Shown here piece after piece: positions 1 to 8,654 of a stretch of 59,302 nucleotides of DNA. Every line of letters starts with the position of its first letter. Positions within the stretch are counted from its first letter, which is position 1. Location: contig JALWKC010000089.1 of assembly GCA_026996795.1 (NCBI GenBank), positions 1 through 59,302 of the forward strand, written 5' to 3'. This stretch comes from Lysobacterales bacterium. Its GTDB lineage: Bacteria > Pseudomonadota > Gammaproteobacteria > Xanthomonadales > Marinicellaceae. A program made the translations under genes and the position numbers. The notes below the pieces were generated by a model. That model did no database searches. It saw nothing but the letters and a program-made list of their open reading frames with translations, and was not told the DNA's origin.

Positions 1-2836
1 GCCCATGCAGCGTAATGCGCCACGCGTCAGCCTCACGAATTACGCGCACATCCACGTCGGTCAACAGGCGCGACATGAACAGGCCTCGTCGGATGTGAAA
101 CCGGTATTCACCCTCAGGCAGTTTGAACAGGCTTTTTTCGCCACTACGGCGGGCCAGCACCGCTAGCCAGCCGTCCAGATCCAAGGTCTCGATTTCGCCC
201 CCGATAGGCACATCCGGTGGCGCCTGCTGGCCAAACTGCAGGCGCTCAATGGCCAGTTGCGCGGCCTTCTCCAGCCAGCGCACCCGCGCGGTGAAGACAT
301 CTGAATAACCCACCTGCCAAGGCTGTTCGCTACACGGATGGTCGCAGTCAAAACGCACCGGGGCCTTACTGGGCGCCCGCTTGAACAGCGGCAGGGGCAG
401 ATTGATTTTCACCCCCACCAGATCGCTTTCACCACTGAAGTGCAAGCCGGCGGTGTGAACGTCGGTGGCCGATTCTTGGTTGGTCGGCGCAGACTCCGCT
501 CGCCCCTTTTCCTTTGTGGGCTTCTCGGCACTGGCCAACTTAAAACGCCAGTGTGAAGTGCCTTCCAGCGGCAGCTCGTGCCCGATTTTTTGTTCCAGCG
601 TGGCGATGGTGAGCGGCCCTTGCATGAGCAGGTCAACTACTGGCAGCTGCTTTTCCGGCAACTGCACGGTGCCGGACAATACCACCGGATTTTGCAGGAA
701 TTCCCCGGCAATGTCGTCCAGTTTGAGAAGCAAGCCCTGCAAGGCGATATCACCGCGCAAGGACTCGAGACTGAAATCATTGATGCTGAAGGCCACATTA
801 CGTAAGTGGATGGCACCAAAAGGCCGGATGGGTTTCTTGCGCCCGGGTTTCAGTGAAAGCTCCAGCCTCAAATCCACGTCGCTGCGGCCACGCATGCGAA
901 TGTCTTCCTGCAGCAAAGGCAGCTTGCGGCTCAGTTCGCTGGCACGCAGAAAATTGATCAGGTAGTTGTCCCGACCGGTGGCTGCCAGCGCGATTTTCAA
1001 CTGTCCCTGTTTGAAATCCGGGATTTCGGCTTGCCCGTGGGTGATGGTTGCGCCCATGGTTTTTGCCTGCCGGACCTGTGCCTGCATGCTTCTGTTCAGA
1101 AACTTCACGGTGGCGTCCACATTGCGCAATTTGGGCCAGTCCGGTTCGTACTGCAAGACCACATCGCGGGCCTCGGCCTGCGTCAGAAACTTGCCGGAAC
1201 GGTCAGCGAAGGGGTAACGGCGGGTATCGCCCAGGTAGGCGATGCCAGCCTCTGGAATGCTTCCGCTCTGAAGGGCATTGTCCAGCCAGTTGATGAGTTT
1301 TTCCTTCCAGATGCCTGCGGGCCAGTATTTGTACAGTTGGCGTACTTTCACCTGCCGCAGTTGGCTGGCCAGATTCACGTGCAGGCTCTCGCCCTGCACC
1401 ACTCGCGCCATGCTGTCCAGTTCAAAATCCGTGCAGTCACACCACAGGTGTGGCAAACGCACATCCGGGTTTTCGGCCTGCAGGTCGGTACTGAGGACCA
1501 TCACCAGGTGCTGCCACTCCACAGGTCGACGCAACAGGCGCTCGATGGCCAGGCGGCCATTGTCACTGTCAACCAGCAGCCGCAGTTCATCCCCCTGCAG
1601 GCGCACCTGACCGGCCAGGTTGTCGGCCTGGAAAAACGGCGTTTTGGCGCGAATTTGCTCAAAAGCAAAAGCAGCCGAAACGGGCCGACGCAGTGTGAGA
1701 TCGTGAACGATGGACACATCGCGCAATACGCCCGTGATCTGCCATTGGTTCCCGGGCAGGCCCGGCAAGCCAAACATGACCAGCAGGTTGTGCAGCATGG
1801 CAATGTCCAGAACGTCCGCCTGCAGGCGCAACCGGTCATTTTCACGCGTGATTAGCAGGTTAACCTGATCCTGCTCGAGGTCTCGGCTTTTGAGGTTCTG
1901 AATGCGCAGGCGGGCCTGCCAGTGTTTGCCATCCGGGTCACCACTGAAGTCCAGGCGCAGATGACCTGACAGGGCATGACCGCCAGGGATCGCCTGCAGA
2001 GATTCATCCAGGCTCAAACGCACCAGCACAAAGCCTTCCACCAGGCGTCCGTGGCGGGTGGTGAACCAGAATTTGCCGTCCACCTGGCTGGCTGGCCACT
2101 GCAATTGAGGGTTCAGGTCCTTCAAGGCGGCCAGTCGGAAATCTTCCAGGTCCACATACCAGCGGGCGTCCTTGAGCACCTGTCGACGCTTGTTGGTAAC
2201 CGCCATCAACCTGGCCTGTTTGACCAACTCCGGACTGGAAACGGTTAACTGCATGGCGCGCTGATTTTTGTCCTGCTGCACCTGCAAGGCCGTTTGCAAC
2301 GGGCGTTTCAGGATGTGGCTGAATTTTTTCTGCCACTGGGGGCTGAGTTTAAAGGCCAGGTTTTCAATCAGCAAAGAACCGCTGGACATGAGCTGTTCGA
2401 GGATGCGTGGCGAAACCGGCTGGGCATCGGGGTTTGGCTCGGCTCCGGTGGCCGGGGTCTTTCCGGCCAACTCCATGGCCGCGCTATTGACCACCAGTTC
2501 CAGGCCGTTGGAACCGCCCGGCCACAGGTATTTGTAAATATTGATTTTGAGTTTGGCCCGGTCAATGGTGACTGAGTTTTCACCGCTAATGGACAGGTTG
2601 CTGATTTCAAATTCCGGCCCGGTGCCGCGCCAGCGACCCTCAAGCTGAGCAATCTTGACCTGGCGGCTCCATTGACTGGACAAAAACCGTTCCAGCGGAC
2701 GCTGATACAGTCCGGTAAAAGGCAGCAAAACGGTAATCAGGCCAACCACCACGCCGAACAGCAACAGGCCGATGGCCAGGTACTTGCGCACCCGGTGCCA
2801 CAGGGAAATCCGCCAATGGTGAGACTTTTCCGGCAT
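1..2836 (-). CDS. yhdP: YhdP-like AsmA-family membrane protein; N-terminal ~945 codons, 3' end runs off the window
   Basis: Absent from the ORF track because there is no stop in the window. ATG at 2836 lies 3 nt after the rng stop. Hand translation gives MPEKSHHWRISLWHRVRKYLAIGLLLFGVVVGLITVLLPF... (TM anchor). I translated both ends of this frame by hand, and none of the minus-strand track ORFs in 1-2836 share it, consistent with it staying open to nt 1. Conserved maf-rng-yhdP order. Confidence 0.75.
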   Translation of the reverse strand, partial: MPEKSHHWRISLWHRVRKYLAIGLLLFGVVVGLITVLLPFTGLYQRPLERFLSSQWSRQVKIAQLEGRWRGTGPEFEISNLSISGENSVTIDRAKLKINIYKYLWPGGSNGLELVVNSAAMELAGKTPATGAEPNPDAQPVSPRILEQLMSSGSLLIENLAFKLSPQWQKKFSHILKRPLQTALQVQQDKNQRAMQLTVSSPELVKQARLMAVTNKRRQVLKDARWYVDLEDFRLAALKDLNPQLQWPASQVDGKFWFTTRHGRLVEGFVLVRLSLDESLQAIPGGHALSGHLRLDFSGDPDGKHWQARLRIQNLKSRDLEQDQVNLLITRENDRLRLQADVLDIAMLHNLLVMFGLPGLPGNQWQITGVLRDVSIVHDLTLRRPVSAAFAFEQIRAKTPFFQADNLAGQVRLQGDELRLLVDSDNGRLAIERLLRRPVEWQHLVMVLSTDLQAENPDVRLPHLWCDCTDFELDSMARVVQGESLHVNLASQLRQVKVRQLYKYWPAGIWKEKLINWLDNALQSGSIPEAGIAYLGDTRRYPFADRSGKFLTQAEARDVVLQYEPDWPKLRNVDATVKFLNRSMQAQVRQAKTMGATITHGQAEIPDFKQGQLKIALAATGRDNYLINFLRASELSRKLPLLQEDIRMRGRSDVDLRLELSLKPGRKKPIRPFGAIHLRNVAFSINDFSLESLRGDIALQGLLLKLDDIAGEFLQNPVVLSGTVQLPEKQLPVVDLLMQGPLTIATLEQKIGHELPLEGTSHWRFKLASAEKPTKEKGRAESAPTNQESATDVHTAGLHFSGESDLVGVKINLPLPLFKRAPSKAPVRFDCDHPCSEQPWQVGYSDVFTARVRWLEKAAQLAIERLQFGQQAPPDVPIGGEIETLDLDGWLAVLARRSGEKSLFKLPEGEYRFHIRRGLFMSRLLTDVDVRVIREADAWRITLHG

Positions 2837-2839
2837 GGG

Positions 2840-4459
2840 TCAGGTCAGAACCACGTCAAACTGTTCCCGATTGTAGGCCTCTTCCGGCTGGAAGCGAATG
2901 CGTTTGCCCAGATTTTCCTCCAGCTCCTGCAGGCCCAGATGCTGTTCATCAATGATGTGGTCTATCAGTTCGGGGTTGGCCAGCACCAGCACATTGCCGG
3001 TCTTGAACTGGCGCACGGCCCGGGTGATTTCACGAAACAGTTCAAAAGCCAGGCTTTCGACAGTTTTAACATAACCCCGGCCAATGCATTCCGGGCACGG
3101 TTCGCACAGCAATTTTTGCAGGCATTCGGTGGTGCGTTTGCGCGTCATTTCCACCAGCCCAAGCTCGGTGATGCCGGAGATGCTGGTTTTGACCGGATCA
3201 TTGTCCAGGCAGTGCTGCAAGGTGTTCAGTACCTGCTGGCGATGGTTTTCGTCCTGCATGTCGATAAAATCGAGGATGATGATGCCACCGATATTGCGCA
3301 GGCGAATTTGCCGCGCGATGCAGTGTGCCGCTTCCAGGTTAGTGCGAAAAATGGTGTCTTCCAGGTTCCGGTGGCCCACAAAGCGGCCGGTATTGACATC
3401 AATGGTGGTCATGGCTTCGTTCTGTTCAATCACCAGATTACCACCGGATTTCAGGGGCACAAAACGCCGCAGGGCCTTGCTGATTTCTTCTTCGATATTG
3501 AAAAAGTCAAAAATCGGCCGGTCCCCTTCATACAGCACCAGCTCTCCGGCCCATTGAGGCACAAATTCAGTCAGAAAAGCCTGTATTTCCTTGTGGATCT
3601 CCGGGGAATCCACCCGCACCTGTCGCACTTCATGCGTCAGGTTGTCGCGCATGGCACGCAAGGGCAAGGACAAGCCCTGGTAGATGCGCTGCGGTGCGCA
3701 GGCGGAAGGGATGCTTTGACGCGCCTTCTCCCACAAGCGCACCAGAAAATCGAAATCCCGCTGCAGGCTGTGCCGGTCAACGCCTTCGGCATTGGTGCGG
3801 GCGATGATGCCGTATTGGGGAAAATCCGCACCCAGCTGGTCCAAAATGGCCTGCAGGCGTTCCCGCTCGGCTTCATCGGTGATGCGTGCTGAAAGTGCGC
3901 GCGTGCCAGGTTCCTGTGGCAACAGCACCAGGTAACGACTGGGGATGCTGATCTGACAGGTCACCCGCGCGCCCTTGCTGCCAATAGCGTCCTTGTAGAC
4001 CTGCACCAACAGTTGCTGGCCTTCATGCACGACACTGGCAATGTTGGGATAAGACGGAGCAGATCGCGAAGCAGAAGCAGAATCAACCCCGGGCGATTCA
4101 GGTGATGAGGTATCGGCAGGCCATGCGGAGTAACCCCTGGATCGGTTGTCTGAATTGTTAACCGGTTTGTTACTGGAGGCGCTACTGTGCGCAGCCTCTT
4201 TTTCACCGTTCGCCGACGAATCCGGTTTGTCCAGGCAGCAAATATCAGTGACGTGCATAAACGCCGAACGTTCCAGGCCAATATTGATGAAGGCCGCTTG
4301 CAGGCCGGGCACCACCCGTTCGATGCGACCCATGAAAATCTGTCCAACCATGGAGGTGCAACTATGCCGGTCGTGCATGACTTCCTGCAGCATGCCATTA
4401 TCCACCAGCGCCACGCGCGTTTCATTGGGGGTGGCATTGATGAGAATTTCTTCCGTCAT
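2840..4459 (-). CDS. rng: Ribonuclease G (RNase E/G family)
   Basis: 539-aa ORF. N-terminus MTEEILINATPNETRVALVDNGMLQEV plus an S1 domain and RNase E/G catalytic core motifs. Lies downstream of maf. AAGGAA Shine-Dalgarno 9 nt upstream of the ATG. Confidence 0.9.
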   Translation of the reverse strand: MTEEILINATPNETRVALVDNGMLQEVMHDRHSCTSMVGQIFMGRIERVVPGLQAAFINIGLERSAFMHVTDICCLDKPDSSANGEKEAAHSSASSNKPVNNSDNRSRGYSAWPADTSSPESPGVDSASASRSAPSYPNIASVVHEGQQLLVQVYKDAIGSKGARVTCQISIPSRYLVLLPQEPGTRALSARITDEAERERLQAILDQLGADFPQYGIIARTNAEGVDRHSLQRDFDFLVRLWEKARQSIPSACAPQRIYQGLSLPLRAMRDNLTHEVRQVRVDSPEIHKEIQAFLTEFVPQWAGELVLYEGDRPIFDFFNIEEEISKALRRFVPLKSGGNLVIEQNEAMTTIDVNTGRFVGHRNLEDTIFRTNLEAAHCIARQIRLRNIGGIIILDFIDMQDENHRQQVLNTLQHCLDNDPVKTSISGITELGLVEMTRKRTTECLQKLLCEPCPECIGRGYVKTVESLAFELFREITRAVRQFKTGNVLVLANPELIDHIIDEQHLGLQELEENLGKRIRFQPEEAYNREQFDVVLT

Positions 4460-4471
4460 AGCCAGGGTTCC

Positions 4472-4637
4472 TTAGGGAAGCTCTGATTGAATCTGGACGA
4501 AGCAGGTTATGCCGGAAATGTTTGAGAACAAGGCGAAGTTCGCAGCCAATAGCCGGCTAATCGCCAGGACTTCAACGCAGTTATCGGACATTTCAGGTAT
4601 GAGAAGCGAGTTCATGATTCGATCAGAGCTTCCTTGG
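4472..4637 (+). mobile_element. MITE-like repeat, subfamily A, copy 1 (166 bp including TTAG/TTGG flanks)
   Basis: Terminal inverted repeats GGAAGCTCTGATTGAATC / GATTCGATCAGAGCTTCC. Near-identical to 48515-48680 and to the reverse complement of 38554-38720. Sits in the maf-rng spacer. Confidence 0.85.
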
Positions 4638-4748
4638 TGAGTAACGGCTTTGGCCATTGTAACAAACCCGCGCCCGAAGGCAGGCACGATGGGTATGGCT
4701 ATCAAGGGAGTCTCTCAGGCACCACCGGTTTGGCTGTGTTGCGAGGAA

Positions 4749-5432
4749 TTAATTAAATGGTGTCACGCCCACGTTTTTCAGCAAGGCCAGGGTCTCGAAC
4801 AACGGCAGGCCCATAATGCCGGAAAAACTGCCGTCAATGCGCGGCACAAAAGCCGCAGCATAACCCTGAATGGCGTAAGCGCCGGCCTTGTCCAGCGGTT
4901 CGCCAGTGGCCACGTAGGCGCGGATTTCGGCCTCACTCAGTGGCCGGAAATGGACTTCGCTGGTGGACACCGCCTGCTGCCACCGGTGCTGATGCCAAAC
5001 GGCCACGGCGGTGGTGACCTGGTGTGTTCTGCCCGACAGGGCCTGCAACATGGCACAGGCCTCTTCTGTATCCCGCGGCTGGCCCAGCAAGGCGCCGTCC
5101 AGCACCACGATGGTGTCTGAACCCAGCACCGGTAAATCAGTCAGGGTTGGAATCAGCGACAAATTATCGGTATTTCCGGTGTTTTTGAGCGCATCGACGA
5201 TAGCAGCGGCCTTGCCCTTGGCCAGGCGCAGGGAATACGCCACCGGGTCTTCCTGTTTCAATGGGCTTTCATCAATATTGGCTGGTCGGCACGCAGGCTC
5301 GATGCCCACCTGTCGCAGCAACTGTGCCCGGCGGGGCGAGGCCGAAGCCAGAATTACCTGCGGGACTGTGGTTTTGCTGCCACTTTCTTTTGGCTTGTGG
5401 CCTTGTTCTGGCATGGAGTCAGGAGCGTTCAT
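4749..5432 (-). CDS. maf: Maf-family nucleoside triphosphate pyrophosphatase (YhdE type)
   Basis: 227-aa ORF with the ILASASPRRAQLL motif. Sits immediately upstream of rng as in the E. coli mre-maf-rng cluster. An alternative ATG at 5414 is possible. Confidence 0.85.
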   Translation of the reverse strand: MNAPDSMPEQGHKPKESGSKTTVPQVILASASPRRAQLLRQVGIEPACRPANIDESPLKQEDPVAYSLRLAKGKAAAIVDALKNTGNTDNLSLIPTLTDLPVLGSDTIVVLDGALLGQPRDTEEACAMLQALSGRTHQVTTAVAVWHQHRWQQAVSTSEVHFRPLSEAEIRAYVATGEPLDKAGAYAIQGYAAAFVPRIDGSFSGIMGLPLFETLALLKNVGVTPFN

Positions 5433-5435
5433 AAG

Positions 5436-5458
5436 TTAGGGAGCCCCTCTGATTGAAG
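5436..5458 (+). repeat. Degenerate solo terminus of the 167-bp MITE family
   Basis: TTAGGGAGCCCCTCTGATTGAAG compared with consensus TTAGGGAAGCTCTGATTGAATC. Lies 3 nt upstream of the maf ATG. Confidence 0.45.
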
Positions 5459-5485
5459 AATTGTCAACGTTGGCTTGGCCGGTGC

Positions 5486-5956
5486 CTATTCGCGGTGATA
5501 GGGGTGGTTATTGCGCAGGCTCCAGACCCGATAGAGCTGTTCTGCCACGATCACCCGAACCAGCGGATGGGGGAAGGTCAGCGCACTCAGTGACCAGGTT
5601 TCATGGGCCTGTTGTTTCAAATCCGGGGCCAGCCCGTCAGCACCGCCAATGACCAGATCGAGATCTTGGCCATCCATGTCCCAGCGTTCAAATTTGTCCG
5701 CTAGCTGCCGCGTGGTATGGGTTTTTCCCCGTTCATCCAACACCACCAGCCGATTACCCGGCCTGAGCGCCTGACGTATGGCTTCAGCCTCCTTGTGCAT
5801 GGCTTTGTGTGCCGTGATTGAACGGTTTCGGATCACCGGCGGGATTTCCACCAACTCAATGCGGTGGCCAGCCGGCATTCGCCTGACGTATTCGTTAAAC
5901 CCGGCGGTGACCCAGGCGGGCATTTTATGGCCAACACTGATGAGTCGGGTTTTCAT
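5486..5956 (-). CDS. rlmH: 23S rRNA (pseudouridine1915-N3)-methyltransferase RlmH
   Basis: 156 aa, MKTRLISVGHKMPAWVTAGFNEYVRRM..., SPOUT family. Follows rsfS as in most proteobacteria. Confidence 0.93.
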   Translation of the reverse strand: MKTRLISVGHKMPAWVTAGFNEYVRRMPAGHRIELVEIPPVIRNRSITAHKAMHKEAEAIRQALRPGNRLVVLDERGKTHTTRQLADKFERWDMDGQDLDLVIGGADGLAPDLKQQAHETWSLSALTFPHPLVRVIVAEQLYRVWSLRNNHPYHRE

Positions 5957-5998
5957 GCGCCGGCGCAGCAGCTCCAGGCCGGTGAGCTATTGGACACA

Positions 5999-6406
5999 CT
6001 AATTGGCCTCGTTAGCCGCGTTCTCTTTGGCGCTGTCCCTGGCCTCTTCACTGTCAATACCCCACAAGCCTTCCAGGTTGTAAAAGCCCCGCGCTTCGGG
6101 TGACATCACGTGCAAGACAACGTCACCCAGATCCACCACCACCCACTCGGAAACCCCTTCGCCTTCATGACCAAACACGTCAAAACCCGCCTGACGGGCT
6201 TTGCCCATGGCGGTTTCGGCAATGGTTTTCAGGTGTCGGTTGGATGTTCCGGTGCAGATGGCCAGGTGGTCGGTCACCGAGGTCAGGTGCGACACATCCA
6301 GGGCTGTGATATCTTTGGCTTTGGCGTCTTCCAGCGCGTCAATGACAACGGCCAGCAGTTGGGTGGACGGGTTTTGGGGCTTGTCCGGACTTTTTTTGTT
6401 TTCCAC
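5999..6406 (-). CDS. rsfS: Ribosome silencing factor RsfS
   Basis: The C-terminal ~115 aa of track ORF 5999..6640 is RsfS-like (DHLAICTGTSNRHLKTIAE, VVVDLGDVVLHVM). I trimmed the start to GTG 6406, which is preceded by AGGAG at 5-nt spacing. ATG 6451 is the alternative. Confidence 0.8.
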   Translation of the reverse strand: MENKKSPDKPQNPSTQLLAVVIDALEDAKAKDITALDVSHLTSVTDHLAICTGTSNRHLKTIAETAMGKARQAGFDVFGHEGEGVSEWVVVDLGDVVLHVMSPEARGFYNLEGLWGIDSEEARDSAKENAANEAN

Positions 6407-6584
6407 GCATTCTCCTGAACATGAAAGAAACGGCGATGCCGTGGCGACCATTTTAGCCTGTCCATGCGCCAGAGGGAAGCCCGCAATATTTTGCTCTACC
6501 GCCACAGTCTGCTGCGGTCCACCTTGGCGCCGGTCGCCAGTCGCGGTACAATGCGCGGCTAAGCTTCCCCGTGAGTACAAACCC

Positions 6585-8645
6585 ATGACCACCAACCCTT
6601 TCCGCATGAACCAGCGCTTCAGTCTCTGCCTCCTGAACAAACCGGCCTGGTGCCGGCTGAATGTGGCCTGGGCCTTTTTTCTGGTTTACCTGACCCTGAG
6701 CGTCATCACACGCACCGTACTCACGGTGCTGAGCTGGTCGTCACTGGATGCCGGCTGGCAGGTCATTCCAGTGATTTTCCTGCGCGGACTGCTGTTTGAT
6801 CTGGGCTTTTACAGCTATTTCCTGATTCCCTTTGTGCTGTACCTGTGGTTGCTGCCGGAACGGCTCTGGCGCAGTCGCCTCAACAAGATCCTCGTGCACG
6901 GGGTTTACCTGCTGTCCATTTACGGGTTTCTATTTGTGGCCGTGGCGGAATACTTTTTCTGGGACGAATTCACGGTTCGCTTCAATTTCATCTCGGTCGA
7001 TTACCTGGTTTACACCCACGAAGTCACCAGCAATATCCAGCAATCCTACCCGGTGGGGCCCATTCTGGCTGGTCTGGGGTTGTTGGCGCTGGGCATTTAC
7101 TGGCTAACCCGGTCTTACCTGAATCAGGCACTTGATTGCGCTTCACATTTTCGCCAGCGCACCGGCCCCGTGTTGCTTTTGCTGTTGCTGCCGGTGGTCA
7201 GTTATTTTGCCCTGAACCAGCAATGGCGTGAGTACAGCAAAAACACCTTCCAGAACGAACTGGCCAGCAATGGGCCTTACCAGTTCTTTGCCGCGTTCCG
7301 AAACAACGTGCTGGATTACGACAAATTCTATCCGGTGCAGGATGACGCCAAGGTGACGCGCAACCTTTACCGCCTGGTACATAAACCGCTGCCGGAAAAT
7401 CCCGAGGCCATCAAACCCTATGACATCGGGCGACACATTGATAACCCAGGCGAGGAACAGCGGCACAATGTGATTTTGGTCACCATCGAGTCCTTCAATG
7501 CCGACTTCCTGAAAAAATTTGCCGACCAGCGCGGGTACCCGGACACAGTCAAGCCCGACCTGATCCGGCAGTACGGTGGCGAAGCCGGGATGACGCCGTT
7601 TCTGGACTCGCTTATTGACCAGAGCCTGTTTTTCTCACGCATGTATGCCACCGGCACCCGAACCGTGCGTGGGCTGGAAGCCATTACCTTGTCCATACCG
7701 CCCACGCCTGGCCGTTCCATCGTCAAGCGCATTGGGCACGAGTCCGGTATGCATTCGCTGGGACAGGTGTTTCGCGACAAGGGTTATGACGTGCAATTCA
7801 TTTATGGAGGCCGCGGCTATTTTGACAACATGAACGCGTTTTTTTCCGGCAACGGTTACGGCATCATCGACCAGGACAACGCCGCAGACTTCAACCATAA
7901 AATCGCCTTTGAAAATGCCTGGGGCATGAGCGATGGCGACCTGTATGACATTACCCTGGCCCAGGCCGATCGCGCCCATGCCGAAGGCAAGCCCTTTTTC
8001 TACCAGTTGATGACCACCTCCAACCACCGGCCATTCACTTTTCCGGAAGGCACCATCGACTGGCCCCAGCACAACCGCGAATCGGTCATTGCCTACACCA
8101 GTTACGCCATTGGTGAGTTTTTGAGAACAGCCAGCGAAAAGCCCTGGTTTGACAACACGGTTTTTGTTTTTATCGCCGATCACACTTCGCGCGCTGCCGG
8201 GAAGGCCAGCCTGCAGGTTCAGCGGTATCACATTCCCATGTGGATCTACGCGCCCAAGCTGGTCAAACCCCGCGTGGTTGATACCCTGTTGAGCCAGATC
8301 GACGTGGCCCCCACCCTGCTGGCCCTGCTCAACATGGACTACGATTCGTGGTTTTTTGGTTTGAATGCCAGTGATGTGTCACCGGATGAGGAACGGGCGC
8401 TGATCGGTAATTATCAGAAACTGGGCTTGTACAAGGATGGCGTGCTGACTTATCTGGCGCCGGTCAAGCAGGTGCTGCAACGGCAGGAAGCCACCGGCCA
8501 GGCAGTCAACAATCCGACACTGGTGGATGAGGCCATCGCCTATTATCAGGGGGCTGACCGGGTTTACCGCTGCGGGCTAAACCTGCTCAAGCCGTCGAAA
8601 GCCGCGCAACAATGCCTGCATGGCGAAATCAAAAAAGCGCGCTAG
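6585..8645 (+). CDS. LTA-synthase/sulfatase-family membrane protein (phosphoglycerol or phosphoethanolamine transferase-like)
   Basis: Trimmed to ATG 6585 (MTTNPFRMNQRFSL...). The N-terminus has several hydrophobic segments. The C-terminal sulfatase fold shows the motifs VILVTIESFNADF, TSNHRPF, ADHTSRA. Confidence 0.8.
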   Translation: MTTNPFRMNQRFSLCLLNKPAWCRLNVAWAFFLVYLTLSVITRTVLTVLSWSSLDAGWQVIPVIFLRGLLFDLGFYSYFLIPFVLYLWLLPERLWRSRLNKILVHGVYLLSIYGFLFVAVAEYFFWDEFTVRFNFISVDYLVYTHEVTSNIQQSYPVGPILAGLGLLALGIYWLTRSYLNQALDCASHFRQRTGPVLLLLLLPVVSYFALNQQWREYSKNTFQNELASNGPYQFFAAFRNNVLDYDKFYPVQDDAKVTRNLYRLVHKPLPENPEAIKPYDIGRHIDNPGEEQRHNVILVTIESFNADFLKKFADQRGYPDTVKPDLIRQYGGEAGMTPFLDSLIDQSLFFSRMYATGTRTVRGLEAITLSIPPTPGRSIVKRIGHESGMHSLGQVFRDKGYDVQFIYGGRGYFDNMNAFFSGNGYGIIDQDNAADFNHKIAFENAWGMSDGDLYDITLAQADRAHAEGKPFFYQLMTTSNHRPFTFPEGTIDWPQHNRESVIAYTSYAIGEFLRTASEKPWFDNTVFVFIADHTSRAAGKASLQVQRYHIPMWIYAPKLVKPRVVDTLLSQIDVAPTLLALLNMDYDSWFFGLNASDVSPDEERALIGNYQKLGLYKDGVLTYLAPVKQVLQRQEATGQAVNNPTLVDEAIAYYQGADRVYRCGLNLLKPSKAAQQCLHGEIKKAR

Positions 8646-8654
8646 GGAAGCTCT
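8642..8654 (+). repeat. 13-bp orphan terminus of the 167-bp MITE family
   Basis: CTAGGGAAGCTCT. It contains the TAG stop of the sulfatase-family gene and touches the rsmA stop codon. Confidence 0.4.

Noticed and set aside
2672-3892. Long ORFs antisense to well-supported genes. Examples are 2672..3892 (+) opposite rng, 9451..10491 (+) opposite pdxA, 43893..44837 (-) opposite algC, 55418..56371 (+) opposite pepP, and 30068..30730 (-) opposite selU.
   Set aside because: Their translations are low-complexity and rich in Q, G, R and H, with no motifs. They mirror the codon structure of the real gene on the other strand, a typical GC-rich shadow-ORF artefact.
4472-4705. ORFs lying in or across the 167-bp repeats (4472..4705 -, 26371..26586 -, 38617..38832 -, part of 14203..14682 +). 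They share peptide strings such as EALIESG.
   Set aside because: The similarity is a by-product of repeated DNA read in one frame. There is no ribosome-binding site, the frames are not conserved between copies, and stops differ.
6201-6584. N-terminal extensions in the ORF track: 6201..8645, 5999..6640, 29870..31126, 35194..36513, 50970..53075, 52922..53794, 55043..56449, 56595..59003, 38765..40279, 19353..20036.
   Set aside because: The extensions overlap upstream genes or repeats, have non-protein-like composition, and internal ATG or GTG codons with Shine-Dalgarno sequences or stop/start overlaps give family-typical N-termini. I trimmed the coordinates accordingly.
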